A stretch of 42,267 nt of DNA from Thermoanaerobaculia bacterium (lineage in GTDB: Bacteria > Acidobacteriota > Thermoanaerobaculia > Gp7-AA8), in contig JAMPYE010000002.1 of NCBI GenBank assembly GCA_023700825.1, forward strand, positions 1 to 42,267, written 5' to 3'. The notes beneath the pieces are model-generated. The model was not told the origin of the DNA, ran no database searches, and was given only the letters and a program-made list of their open reading frames with translations. Below are positions 23,032 to 32,001 of this stretch, piece by piece; the first letter of the stretch is position 1, and every line of letters begins with the position of its first letter. The position numbers were made by a program, and so were the translations under genes.

Positions 23032-24176
23032 GCCTTGAATCGCCAGTAGGACGTCACGAATCGCCAGCCTAACGAGCCCTGGATGATGTCGAGCTGATGC
23101 TGGAGCGACGTGCCGGCGTCCTGCGCCTGCCGCAGGCTCTCCGACAGGGCCTCGCGCTCCCTGCGGGCGTCCGCCAGCTGCGATTGCAGCGCGGCGATTT
23201 CCTCGTGCAGCTTCGATTCGCGCTCGTACCCCTGCTGCGCCGTCCGCGCGGAGTCGCCGCGCAGCGCGAGCATGTCGGAGTGCAGCCGGGCGATCACGTC
23301 CTTCTGGCGGGCGACGAACGCCTCGGATTCGGCGCGGCGCGCCTCGATGTCGACGATGCGCGCTTCGGCCTCGATCGCGCGCGGCCGCCACTCGAGCGAC
23401 GCCGCGAGCTCGCGCTCGAAGCCTTCGATGGCGGCCATCTCGGTCTCGGGCGTGTGCAGCTGCCAGTGCTTTTCGTAGATCCGGCGCCGCGCCGCCTGCG
23501 CGACCGCGCCCTGCCAGGGCGCTGCCGTCACCGCGTTCGTGGCGTCGTTGCGGACACGGTAGAGCGCCGTCACGTGGCCGAGGCGATGCGGCCTCGTCGC
23601 CTGTGCGAGCCGGATCATGAAGTCCCAGTCCTCGAACAGGTCGAACGATTCATCGAAGAGCCCGGTCTTCTCGAAGAGCGAACGCCGGTGCGCGAGCGAG
23701 ATCAGCGGGATGAAGTTCGCGAACTGGATCTTCCCGGCGACGAAGTCGCGCCCGAACCCGCTGCGACGCGACCGCTCGACGTAGCGGCCGTCGTCACCCA
23801 GCTCCTGGTCCACGATGTCGACGTCGGTGTACGCCGCCTGGTACTCGTCGGTGCCGTCGAGGAAACGAACGAGGGTCTCCAGGTGGTCCGGAAGGAAGAG
23901 GTCGTCGTCGTCGAGGTAGGCGACGTAGCGCCCGCGAGCCGCCCGCACGCCGGTGTTGAGTGCCCTCGCGCGGCCGCGCGGCTCCTCGGTTTCGATGACG
24001 GTGCAGGGAACGCCGAGGTCCGCGGGGATCGACGGTGCCGTCTCCCCGTCGTTGACGACGACGACGTCGAAGTCACGCCACGTCTGGTCGCGGAGGCTTC
24101 CGAGCGCCTCGGCGAGCAATGTCGGGCGATTGCGCGTGCGGACGATGACCGTCACGCGGGGTTCCTGGAGCGTCAT
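23016..24176 (-). CDS. GT2 glycosyltransferase with ~140-aa C-terminal coiled coil and terminal amphipathic helix
   Basis: Motifs VTVIVRTRNRP, VVVNDGE and YLDDDD. The second half is heptad-rich (EAEARIVDIEARRAESEAF...LHEEIAALQSQLADARREREALSESLRQ) and ends in GWRFVTSYWRFKAWLFR. I preferred ATG 24176; the track start at 24179 is TTG. Confidence 0.85.
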   Translation of the reverse strand: MTLQEPRVTVIVRTRNRPTLLAEALGSLRDQTWRDFDVVVVNDGETAPSIPADLGVPCTVIETEEPRGRARALNTGVRAARGRYVAYLDDDDLFLPDHLETLVRFLDGTDEYQAAYTDVDIVDQELGDDGRYVERSRRSGFGRDFVAGKIQFANFIPLISLAHRRSLFEKTGLFDESFDLFEDWDFMIRLAQATRPHRLGHVTALYRVRNDATNAVTAAPWQGAVAQAARRRIYEKHWQLHTPETEMAAIEGFERELAASLEWRPRAIEAEARIVDIEARRAESEAFVARQKDVIARLHSDMLALRGDSARTAQQGYERESKLHEEIAALQSQLADARREREALSESLRQAQDAGTSLQHQLDIIQGSLGWRFVTSYWRFKAWLFR

Positions 24177-24463
24177 CAACCGGCGGGGATGATAACACGC
24201 AGCCTCAGGCCCGCTACCCGGTGAAGCCGCCGCGGCGATGCGCGAGACGGGGCGTTCCTGTCGGAGGCGGCGGAGTCCCGGCCGCCCCGGCGCGGCGCGT
24301 CGGCGTGACGATGACGAGGCGGGTCGCCGGCGGGCGCTCCTCGAAGCGGCAGCGGTCTGCGAGAATGGTGTCGAACATGAGCACGCGAGACGTGGAGCCT
24401 CCGTCCGGCTCCCGTCGCAGACCCGGAGCGCGCTCGGAACCGGCGCTGCAGGGAACGATCACG

Positions 24464-25045
24464 ATGCAGAAAATCGTCGACTTCATTCTGGAACTGGACA
24501 AGCTCAAAGGCGTGACGCGCAAGACCCGCCCGATCGGACTCGACCGTTACGAGAACTCTGCCGAGCACAGCTGGCAGATCGCGATGCTCGGCGCATCGCT
24601 GGCGCACCTTGCCGAAGCGCCGGTCGACCTCGACCGGGTGACCGCGATGCTCCTCGTCCACGATATCGGCGAGATCGACACGGGTGACACGATCGTCTAC
24701 GCCGAAGGCGGCTGGGAAGAGCGCAAGCGCGACGAGCTGGCCGCGGTGACGCGAATCTTCGGGCTGCTGCCGGAGCCGCAGCGCGAGCGCTTCATGGAGC
24801 TCTGGATCGAGTTCGAGCGCAGCGAGACGGCGGAGTCGAGATTCGCGAACGCGGTCGACCGGGCGATGCCCGTGCTGCTGAACCTGGCCAACAACGGCCA
24901 GAGCTGGAGAGAGAACGGCATCACGCACGAGCGTGTCGTGCGCCGTGTAGCGCCGCAGATCAGGGCCGGTTGCCCCGCGCTGTGGGACTATCTCGAAGCT
25001 CGCCTCGAAGAGGCGCGTCGCAGTGGTTGGTTCGGCACGGGGTGA
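24464..25045 (+). CDS. HD-domain phosphohydrolase (YfbR-like 5'-nucleotidase family)
   Basis: Track ORF 24221.. trimmed to ATG 24464 (MQKIVDFILELDKLK). Motifs ENSAEHSW and LLVHDIGEIDTGD. Start is uncertain (in-frame ATG at 24365). Confidence 0.8.
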   Translation: MQKIVDFILELDKLKGVTRKTRPIGLDRYENSAEHSWQIAMLGASLAHLAEAPVDLDRVTAMLLVHDIGEIDTGDTIVYAEGGWEERKRDELAAVTRIFGLLPEPQRERFMELWIEFERSETAESRFANAVDRAMPVLLNLANNGQSWRENGITHERVVRRVAPQIRAGCPALWDYLEARLEEARRSGWFGTG

Positions 25046-25079
25046 GCGCTTCGGCGACGTGAGGATCCAGCGGAGCATC

Positions 25080-25478
25080 ATGGAGACGATCGACAAGGTC
25101 GCGTGGATCCTCGTTCGTGACGGGCGCCTCCTCTGCGTCCGGTCGCACGGAAAGACGTCGTTCTACATGCCAGGAGGGAAGCGCGACCCCGGCGAATCGG
25201 ACCAGGAGTGCGTCCAGCGCGAGATCGGCGAAGAGCTCGGCGTCACGCTCCGCCCCGCGACGCTGCGACCAGTCGGCACCTTCGAGGCGCAGGCCGACGG
25301 GAAGCCCGCGGGCACGATGGTCCGGATCTCCTGCTGGGGAGGCGACTATGACGGCGCGCTCGAGCCGCGCGCGGAGATTGCCGAGCTCGCGTGGCTTTCG
25401 CACGCGGATCGCGATCGATGCTCGCTCGCCGCACAGATCATCCTCGACGAATTGCACCGGAGGGGCGAGGTCGGGTGA
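25080..25478 (+). CDS. NUDIX hydrolase
   Basis: Nudix box GGKRDPGESDQECVQREIGEELG. ATG at 25080 (METIDKV). Confidence 0.85.
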   Translation: METIDKVAWILVRDGRLLCVRSHGKTSFYMPGGKRDPGESDQECVQREIGEELGVTLRPATLRPVGTFEAQADGKPAGTMVRISCWGGDYDGALEPRAEIAELAWLSHADRDRCSLAAQIILDELHRRGEVG

Positions 25479-25514
25479 GGGGACACGATCTGCCCGGTGT
25501 CGCTACCTCGTCGC

Positions 25515-28500
25515 CTACTCCCGTCTCGAACCACGCCTCCGCGCCTTCTCGACGACGAAGGCCGGCTCGATCGTCGTCACGGCGGCGTTGCCCGCGGCGT
25601 CGGTGAGCTCGATGCGAAGGTCGACGCGTCCCTCGCGGATGAGCGCATCGGTGAGATCGGCGCGGAAGATCACGCCCGCGGGAGTGCGGGCCGCGCCGGC
25701 TCCTGCGTCTTCGCCGAGCGTTTCCGTCGGCAGCTGGGCCCAGGTCAACGTTCCCGTGCGACGGAAGAAGACGCTTCGGATTTGAAGCGATCCCTGCCGG
25801 TACTGCGGCCCCTCGTAGGCCGGCTCGTAGTCGCCCGCGGAGAGGACGAGCGAGCCCGTTCCGAATAGCGGCAGCGACGAGGTGTGCCTTCCGAGCGCGT
25901 CGAGGAGCGCGAGCGACGTGAGCGCGGGCGGCGCGGAGTCGGGGCGCCTCGTGTCGAAGCCGAGCCACAACGTGGTGCGCGCAGCGCTTCCCGCGAGCGT
26001 CGTGGCCGCGCCAAAGGCGACGTCGAAGGCTCCGTCGGGGCCGAGCGGGATGATGGGCTGAGCTGCGCCGATCGTGCCGCGCGCAGTCTCGACTCCCGAC
26101 CGCCTAACGACGAAGTCCACCGTGCTCCGGGAGAGACGCCTCAGGTCGTTGCGATCGCCCGCAACGTCGAGCTGGCCCGTCAGGAAGCCGCTCGACTCGC
26201 CCAGGATCGCGAGCGGGAACGACGGCCCGTCGCCGAATACGAGCGACTCCGCGCCGGGCGCGCCTGACGGCACCGGAGCCGGATCGAACGACCGCGTGCT
26301 GAAGAACTCGCTCTCGCGCAGACGGATGGGCGTCGTGATGTTCGCGGCGAGCCCTTGCAACTCCGCGTGCTGCGTGTAGGCGAACACTTGCAGCGCGCTC
26401 CCGTAGTCGGGATGCACCTCGGGGGTCATCCAGAGCGTGCCGATCCACTCCGCCGGCTGGTTGCGCACGTAGACGCCGAGGGGCGCACGGCCGATCTCCA
26501 CCGGGTTGCGGGTGACGCCGCGTGCAAGGATGCCGATCTCCCGTCGCGTCGCGTCGGGCGGAAACCGAAGCCGCAGCTGCTTCGCGCGGAGCGTCTCGCC
26601 GCCTCCCGTCACCACACGGTCGCCGTCGATCCCGCGCAGCACCGGGTGCTGCACCACGACGAAGCGGGACGCCTCGCCGTCGAGATACGACTCGGAAGCC
26701 AGGAGCCCCCAGCGCGAGCTTTCCATCGAGACGTGGAGCGTCCGTCCCGCCGGGCGCGGCAGCTCGAGCGAACGGAGCGGCGAGCCTTCCGGAAAGAGGA
26801 CGCGCAGCTGCGGAAACCATAGATGCAGTTCATCCTCGACCAAGGGCAGCGTGCTGCCCTGCGCGTCGACGGCGGAGAGGGTGACCGCGTGCCGCGCGTC
26901 CGCGGCGGAGAACGTCAGCAGCCTGTCGCCGTCGATCGCCACCTGCTCGCGTGTGATGACGCGGAGGTCGCCGTCCCACGAGGAGACGAGCGTCAGGTCG
27001 TACGTTCCCGGCGCGAGGAGCGTCTCGGTCGTATTCGCGTCGACGATCGCGAACGAGGCGGCCCGCGGCTCGTTCGCCGTCCAGTAGACCCCCGGAAACT
27101 CGAGGTCGTAGCGCACGCGCGCGCGTCCGGCGCGGAGGAATGCCCACGGCACGCGGGAGGTCGTGCCCCCCGATTCGATCTCGATGAGACCACCGAAGGC
27201 GAACGACGCGGACTGCGGGTCGCCTAACGCGGCATTGTCGGCCTCGACGGTCACGCTGACCGCTCGCGAAGCGCCGGGAGCGAGGTCGAGCTCCGCGGGC
27301 TCGAAGCCGATCGTGATCGCGGGCGCAAGGCCGACGGCGCGAAGCCGGAACGAGCGCGTCGTCGCGTCGTCGTTCGTGATCGTCAGCTCCCGCTGCGACG
27401 CGTACGAAGCGCCGGCCGTCGCATCGAGATCGAGCTCGAGGGTCGACGGAGAGACGGAAAGGCTCGATCCCGCGGCGCGTGTCGCATCGACGCGACCGGT
27501 CCCCTGGCTCATGACCTCTTCGTTCGCGATCGGGACCGCGGAGCTCACGATCGCGGAGCGGACGCGCTGCGGGCTCCAGTCGGGATGCTGCTCGCGAAGG
27601 AGCGCCACGATGCCGGCGACATGGGGCGAAGCCATCGACGTGCCGCTCGAGACGCGCGTCCCGCCACCCGGCGCGGCCGAGCGAATCTCGACGCCCGGCG
27701 CAAGAACTTCCGGCTTCACGGCGCCGCTGACGGTCGCGGGTCCGCGCGAGCTGAACTCGGCGAGCAGACCGTCGCCGTCATGTGCGCCGACTGCGATCGC
27801 GGTGCGCGCCGCCGCAGGGCTCCCCACGGAGTGAAAGAGGCCGGTGTTGCCGGCCGCGGCGACGACGACCGACCCTGCCGCGGTCGCGTTGTCGACGGCG
27901 CGCGAGAGCGGATCGTCGGGCGAGCCGGGCCCGCCTAGGCTGAGGTTGATCACGTGGGCGCGGTCGGAGAGGTCGCCGTCGAGGTTCGGGTCGATCGCCC
28001 GCTCGAGCGCCGCGAGGATCGCCGACGTCTTCCCGCGGCCGTTGTCGTCCAGGACCTTGTAAACGAGCAGCGAAGCTTCGGGCGCGACGCCGGTGAGCCC
28101 GCCGCCGTTCGCGGCGACGATGCCGGCGACGTGCGTGCCGTGGCGAAAGTCGTCGTCGGGGTCACCGTCGCCGTTGACGAAGTCGTAGCCGCCTGCGATC
28201 CGGCCGGCGAAGGCGGGATGCGACGCGTCGATACCCGAATCGATGACGGCGATGACGATTCCGCTGCCCCCGGTTGCCGCGGGGACGAGAGCATCCGCGC
28301 TCCCGGGGGCGTCGTCCTTCGACGAAAAGGCCGTGACCTCGACGTCGGGATGGATCGCGCGGACGTACGGCAGCGCGCGGAGTTCCGCGAGCGACGAACG
28401 GCGCGCGAGGCGGACGCTCGCGCCGTGGAACGCGCGAAAGTACTCGAAGTCGATCGCGGCGGCACTCGTCGTGCCCGGCGCGGCCGGCTCGATACGACCG

Positions 28501-28679
28501 AGGTCGTCGCGAAACTGCGCGAAGGTGCCGGCGTAGGACGAGGCAGTGCGGTTGGCCGATGCTCGGGCGAGTGGGGGTTCTCTGAATTCGACGACGAAAC
28601 GCCCTCCCATGGGCTGCGCGAGGAGGGGCACCGAGAGCAGTGAGAACACCACGCCGAGGACCGAGCGATATCGGAACAT
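25515..28679 (-). CDS. Secreted subtilisin-like serine protease (peptidase S8) with long C-terminal extension
   Basis: ATG 28679 (MFRYRSVLGVVFSLLSVPLLA signal peptide). I9-like propeptide. Catalytic triad contexts are Asp (VIAVIDSGID), His (HGTHVAGIVA) and Ser (SGTSMASPHVAG). About 650 aa follow with no recognised domain. Confidence 0.9.
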   Translation of the reverse strand: MFRYRSVLGVVFSLLSVPLLAQPMGGRFVVEFREPPLARASANRTASSYAGTFAQFRDDLGRIEPAAPGTTSAAAIDFEYFRAFHGASVRLARRSSLAELRALPYVRAIHPDVEVTAFSSKDDAPGSADALVPAATGGSGIVIAVIDSGIDASHPAFAGRIAGGYDFVNGDGDPDDDFRHGTHVAGIVAANGGGLTGVAPEASLLVYKVLDDNGRGKTSAILAALERAIDPNLDGDLSDRAHVINLSLGGPGSPDDPLSRAVDNATAAGSVVVAAAGNTGLFHSVGSPAAARTAIAVGAHDGDGLLAEFSSRGPATVSGAVKPEVLAPGVEIRSAAPGGGTRVSSGTSMASPHVAGIVALLREQHPDWSPQRVRSAIVSSAVPIANEEVMSQGTGRVDATRAAGSSLSVSPSTLELDLDATAGASYASQRELTITNDDATTRSFRLRAVGLAPAITIGFEPAELDLAPGASRAVSVTVEADNAALGDPQSASFAFGGLIEIESGGTTSRVPWAFLRAGRARVRYDLEFPGVYWTANEPRAASFAIVDANTTETLLAPGTYDLTLVSSWDGDLRVITREQVAIDGDRLLTFSAADARHAVTLSAVDAQGSTLPLVEDELHLWFPQLRVLFPEGSPLRSLELPRPAGRTLHVSMESSRWGLLASESYLDGEASRFVVVQHPVLRGIDGDRVVTGGGETLRAKQLRLRFPPDATRREIGILARGVTRNPVEIGRAPLGVYVRNQPAEWIGTLWMTPEVHPDYGSALQVFAYTQHAELQGLAANITTPIRLRESEFFSTRSFDPAPVPSGAPGAESLVFGDGPSFPLAILGESSGFLTGQLDVAGDRNDLRRLSRSTVDFVVRRSGVETARGTIGAAQPIIPLGPDGAFDVAFGAATTLAGSAARTTLWLGFDTRRPDSAPPALTSLALLDALGRHTSSLPLFGTGSLVLSAGDYEPAYEGPQYRQGSLQIRSVFFRRTGTLTWAQLPTETLGEDAGAGAARTPAGVIFRADLTDALIREGRVDLRIELTDAAGNAAVTTIEPAFVVEKARRRGSRRE

Positions 28680-28809
28680 GCGGGTAAGGAACCCGCCGCT
28701 CAAAATCGAAATTCGGACTCGATCGATGCGGACGGTTTCAATTCGGTGAGCATTGCGGAGGCAGGAGCTTGCGCCGAGCAGCGAGCCGGCGGCGGCCACG
28801 GGGAGACTC

Positions 28810-29370
28810 TTACCGGGTCACGATCTGCCTGCGCACCCAGCGGAGCCACCGAAGGCGTCCCTCGAGCTCGAAGATCGTGCCGACGAAGGAGTAGTAGTCG
28901 AAGCGGCTCATCTCCACTTCCTTCTTCGGGCGGAGGCGTTTCGCTTCGTCGATCTTGTCGCGCAGGTTCCGCTCCGCCTCGGCGATGAAGGCTCGCCGCC
29001 CGGCGGGCTCGAGGAGCTCGAGGAAGACGAGGCGAGTCCGCACGGGGTCGAACGTCGGGGCCGCGGTCCAGCTCTCGAGCGGTGGGCGGATCCACGCTTC
29101 GAGCTCGCGTCGCCCCTTCGGGCTCACGCGGTACTCTTTCTTCGTCCGGTTTCCCCACGGGAGCTCGGTCGCGCGGGCGAGGCCAAGCGCCTCGAGTCGC
29201 TCGAGAACCGGGTAGATCGCCCCTGCGCTGCCGCTCCAGTACGCGGAGGTCGAGGCGAGGAAGTCGCGGCGCACGGTGTAGGCCGAGCAGGGCTCGTGGA
29301 GCCAGACGACGCCGAGCACGCACCGCTCGAGTTCGGTGAGGCTTCTCGCTGTAGGTCGTTTCGGAGCCAT
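28810..29370 (-). CDS. PadR family transcriptional regulator
   Basis: C-terminal part of track ORF 28810..30741. Starts at ATG 29370 (or 29379). Motifs LTELERCVLGVV, YTVRRD and GAIYPVLERLEALGLA (winged helix), plus a C-terminal helical domain. The remainder of the track ORF is antisense shadow. Confidence 0.85.
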   Translation of the reverse strand: MAPKRPTARSLTELERCVLGVVWLHEPCSAYTVRRDFLASTSAYWSGSAGAIYPVLERLEALGLARATELPWGNRTKKEYRVSPKGRRELEAWIRPPLESWTAAPTFDPVRTRLVFLELLEPAGRRAFIAEAERNLRDKIDEAKRLRPKKEVEMSRFDYYSFVGTIFELEGRLRWLRWVRRQIVTR

Positions 29371-29436
29371 GTGCAACATTCTGCCGTATACTCCGTATCG
29401 GATCAATAGTACGAAATAGACTATTTGAGGCAGGCC

Positions 29437-31287
29437 ATGAAGACCACGAGAATTCGCGTCACGTTCGTCCTCGTCGCAGCCGCGACGCTCACCACGCTTT
29501 CCGCCGTCGCGGAGACGACCGCCGCGTCGCTCGTCGACTGCTGGGCCAATGCCCTCGGCGGGCGCGAGCGTCTCGCCGCCATCCGTGCCGTCGAGCGCGA
29601 AGGTGTCGTCGAGACGGGCGGGATGAAGGGCTCCGTCCACGCCTGGAGCACGGCGGCGGGCGAGCTTCGCACCGACGTCGAGCTCGGCCCCTACCGGTCG
29701 ACCGACGCCTTCGACGGGAAGCGCGGCTGGACGAAGACCGGGAGCGCCCCGGCCCACGAGCTGACCGACGCCGATCTCTCGCGCATCGTCTCCGACGCCT
29801 ACCTCGAGAGCATGTCGCCCTTTTTCGCCGACCGGATGAAGGGCTCGACCACTCTCGTCGAAGCGACCGACGGGCCTCGTCTCGTGATCGAGCCCGTGGG
29901 CGGGCTGCCGGTGACCGTGCGCCTCGATGCTGAGTCGTGCCGCCCCGTTTCGATCGAGCAGCCCGAGCGCGATCGGACGCTGCGCGTCGAGCTGCTCGAG
30001 TGGACCGAGGTCGACGGCGTGCGCTTTCCGAAGAAGCTGAGGCAGAGCACGGGCGACCTGGCGTACGACGTCGTGGTGACATACCAGTCGACCCAGATCA
30101 ATCCGGCGATCGATGACGGTCGCTTCAACGAGGATGCGGGCGCGGGCACGGGGATCTCGTGGAACGGACGCGCGAGTGCGTCGACATCGCTCGAGCTCAC
30201 GCAGAACCACCCCTATGTTCCGGTGTTCGTGAACGGAAAAGGCCCGTCGATGTTCATCCTCGACACGGGCGCCGACCTGACGGTGATCGAGAAAGGGCAC
30301 GCCGCGGAGATCGGCCTCGCGATGGAGGGGTCGATCGAGATCCGGGGCGGCGGAGAGGGGACGCTCGACGCCTCGATGATCGCGGGGCCGACCGTGAAAC
30401 TCGCGGGCCTCGAGATCCCGTCCGAGGCGATGATCGCAATCCCGCTCGGGCCGCTGAGTCTCTACGAGGGACGGCCGATGCAGGGAATCCTCGGCTACGA
30501 CGTGCTCAGCCGCTTCGTCGTCGAGGTCGATTACGCGGGCAGGCAGGTCACCTTCCACGATCCCGCGAAGTTCGCGACGCCGAAGGGTGCCCACCCGTTC
30601 GAGGTCTACTTCGACGGGAACACGCCGGTGATGAAGGGGAAGATCGGGCTGCCCGACGGTCGCTCGTTCGACGCGCGGCTGACGGTCGACACCGGAAACC
30701 GCACGGCGCTGATCCTTCATCAGCCGTTCGTCGAGGCGCATCAGCTAAGGAAGGCACTCCCGGTTCTCGCGAACGCGCCGCTCGGAATGGGGGTCGGAGG
30801 GATGACCCGACAGGATCTCGGGCGCGTGGCGTCGCTCGCGCTCGGCGAGTTCGTCATGAAGGAGCCCCTGACGAGCTTCTCGATCGAGAAGTCGGGGGCG
30901 AATGCGAATCCCGACATCGACGGCAACCTCGGCAGCGAGGTGCTCCGCCGGTTCACGCTCTGGATCGACTACGGCAGCAAGCGCATCCTTCTGCGGCCTA
31001 ACCGGCATCTCGCGGAACCGTTCGAGTACGACATGAGCGGCCTGACGCTGGCTCAGCGCGACGCGTCAGGGAAGGAGCTCGCCGTTCTGCACGTGCTTCC
31101 CGGCTCGCCCGCGCAGGATGCGGGGGTGCTGAAAGGTGACGTCATCGTCGGCGTCGACGGAGCGGCGCCGCCGGAGCTCGAGGCGGTGCGTGCGAAGCTC
31201 GGCCAGCCGGGCGGCGAAGTGCGACTCGGGCTCCGGCGCGCCGGCGGCGAAGTCGTGGTCACGGTCAAGATGCGGCGGCTGATCTGA
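29437..31287 (+). CDS. Secreted retropepsin-like aspartyl protease (two DTG domains) with C-terminal PDZ domain
   Basis: ATG 29437 (MKTTRIRVTFVLVAAATL signal peptide). ILDTGAD and TVDTGNR motifs. PDZ motif GSPAQDAGVLKGDVIVGVDG. The ~230-aa N-terminal domain is unrecognised. Confidence 0.8.
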   Translation: MKTTRIRVTFVLVAAATLTTLSAVAETTAASLVDCWANALGGRERLAAIRAVEREGVVETGGMKGSVHAWSTAAGELRTDVELGPYRSTDAFDGKRGWTKTGSAPAHELTDADLSRIVSDAYLESMSPFFADRMKGSTTLVEATDGPRLVIEPVGGLPVTVRLDAESCRPVSIEQPERDRTLRVELLEWTEVDGVRFPKKLRQSTGDLAYDVVVTYQSTQINPAIDDGRFNEDAGAGTGISWNGRASASTSLELTQNHPYVPVFVNGKGPSMFILDTGADLTVIEKGHAAEIGLAMEGSIEIRGGGEGTLDASMIAGPTVKLAGLEIPSEAMIAIPLGPLSLYEGRPMQGILGYDVLSRFVVEVDYAGRQVTFHDPAKFATPKGAHPFEVYFDGNTPVMKGKIGLPDGRSFDARLTVDTGNRTALILHQPFVEAHQLRKALPVLANAPLGMGVGGMTRQDLGRVASLALGEFVMKEPLTSFSIEKSGANANPDIDGNLGSEVLRRFTLWIDYGSKRILLRPNRHLAEPFEYDMSGLTLAQRDASGKELAVLHVLPGSPAQDAGVLKGDVIVGVDGAAPPELEAVRAKLGQPGGEVRLGLRRAGGEVVVTVKMRRLI

Positions 31288-31296
31288 GCGGAGCCC

Positions 31297-32001
31297 TCAC
31301 GACGGCTCCATCATCGCGTCGATCGCGGCATCGACGTGAATCGCCGTCGTGTCGAGGAACGGGACGCCGTTGTGGCTCTCCTGTCGCAGGATGAGCGGCA
31401 GCTCGGTGCCCGCGAGAATGATGCCGTCGATGCCTTCGCGAAGGCGAATGTTGTCGACGATCGTCAGCAGCCGGGAGCGCGTCTCCGGAAGAAAGAGACC
31501 GGGAATCAGCTCGTTCAGGTAGATCTCGTGAATCCACTTCCGCTCGCTCTCCTCGGGGAGGACGAGCGCGATTCCGCGCGGCTCGAAGAGGTCGGGATAG
31601 AAGCGCGATCCCATCGTGTAGCCCGTGCCGAGGATCGCAAGACGCGTCAGCGATCGCTTTTGCGCTTCTGCATAAGTGGCCTCGACGATGCTGAGCAACG
31701 GGAGTGGCGAGCGCTCGACGAGGGCAGGAAAGACGATGTGCGCCGTGTTCGCGGCGAGAAGCGCGAGATCGGCACCCGCGCGTGCGAGCGATTCGATGGC
31801 CTCCGTGAAGCACGACGCGACGAAGTCGAGATTGTCGACGGCGAGCGCGTCGAGGAGCGGCCGCAGGTCGACGCTGTGGATGATGACGCGCGGGTTGTTG
31901 TCGCGGCCCGTGCGCGCCTGGTAGCGCGCCAGAAGCGAGCGGTAGTAGTCGATCGTCGACTCCGGGCCGATTCCGCCGACGATGCCGAGAACGCGCGTCA
32001 T
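31297..32001 (-). CDS. Aspartate/glutamate racemase family protein (atypical active-site motifs)
   Basis: C-terminal part of track ORF 31297..33204. ATG 32001 (MTRVLGIVGGIGPESTIDYY) overlaps the upstream stop (ATGA). The family motifs are present but read AANTAH and AGTELP, not CNTAH and GCTE. Confidence 0.8.
   Translation of the reverse strand: MTRVLGIVGGIGPESTIDYYRSLLARYQARTGRDNNPRVIIHSVDLRPLLDALAVDNLDFVASCFTEAIESLARAGADLALLAANTAHIVFPALVERSPLPLLSIVEATYAEAQKRSLTRLAILGTGYTMGSRFYPDLFEPRGIALVLPEESERKWIHEIYLNELIPGLFLPETRSRLLTIVDNIRLREGIDGIILAGTELPLILRQESHNGVPFLDTTAIHVDAAIDAMMEPS

Noticed and set aside
20917-23049. 710-aa (+) and 669-aa (-) track ORFs overlapping the glycosyltransferase gene. 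Also 3298..4518, 5074..5940, 5993..7354, 9317..10297, 10231..11601, 12797..14401, 17861..19153, 17983..19446, 36624..37259 and 40025..42256
   Set aside because: All are alternative-frame or antisense reads of genes that carry clear family motifs. Their composition (runs of R, P, A, G, D, E) and lack of any recognisable domain mark them as artefacts.
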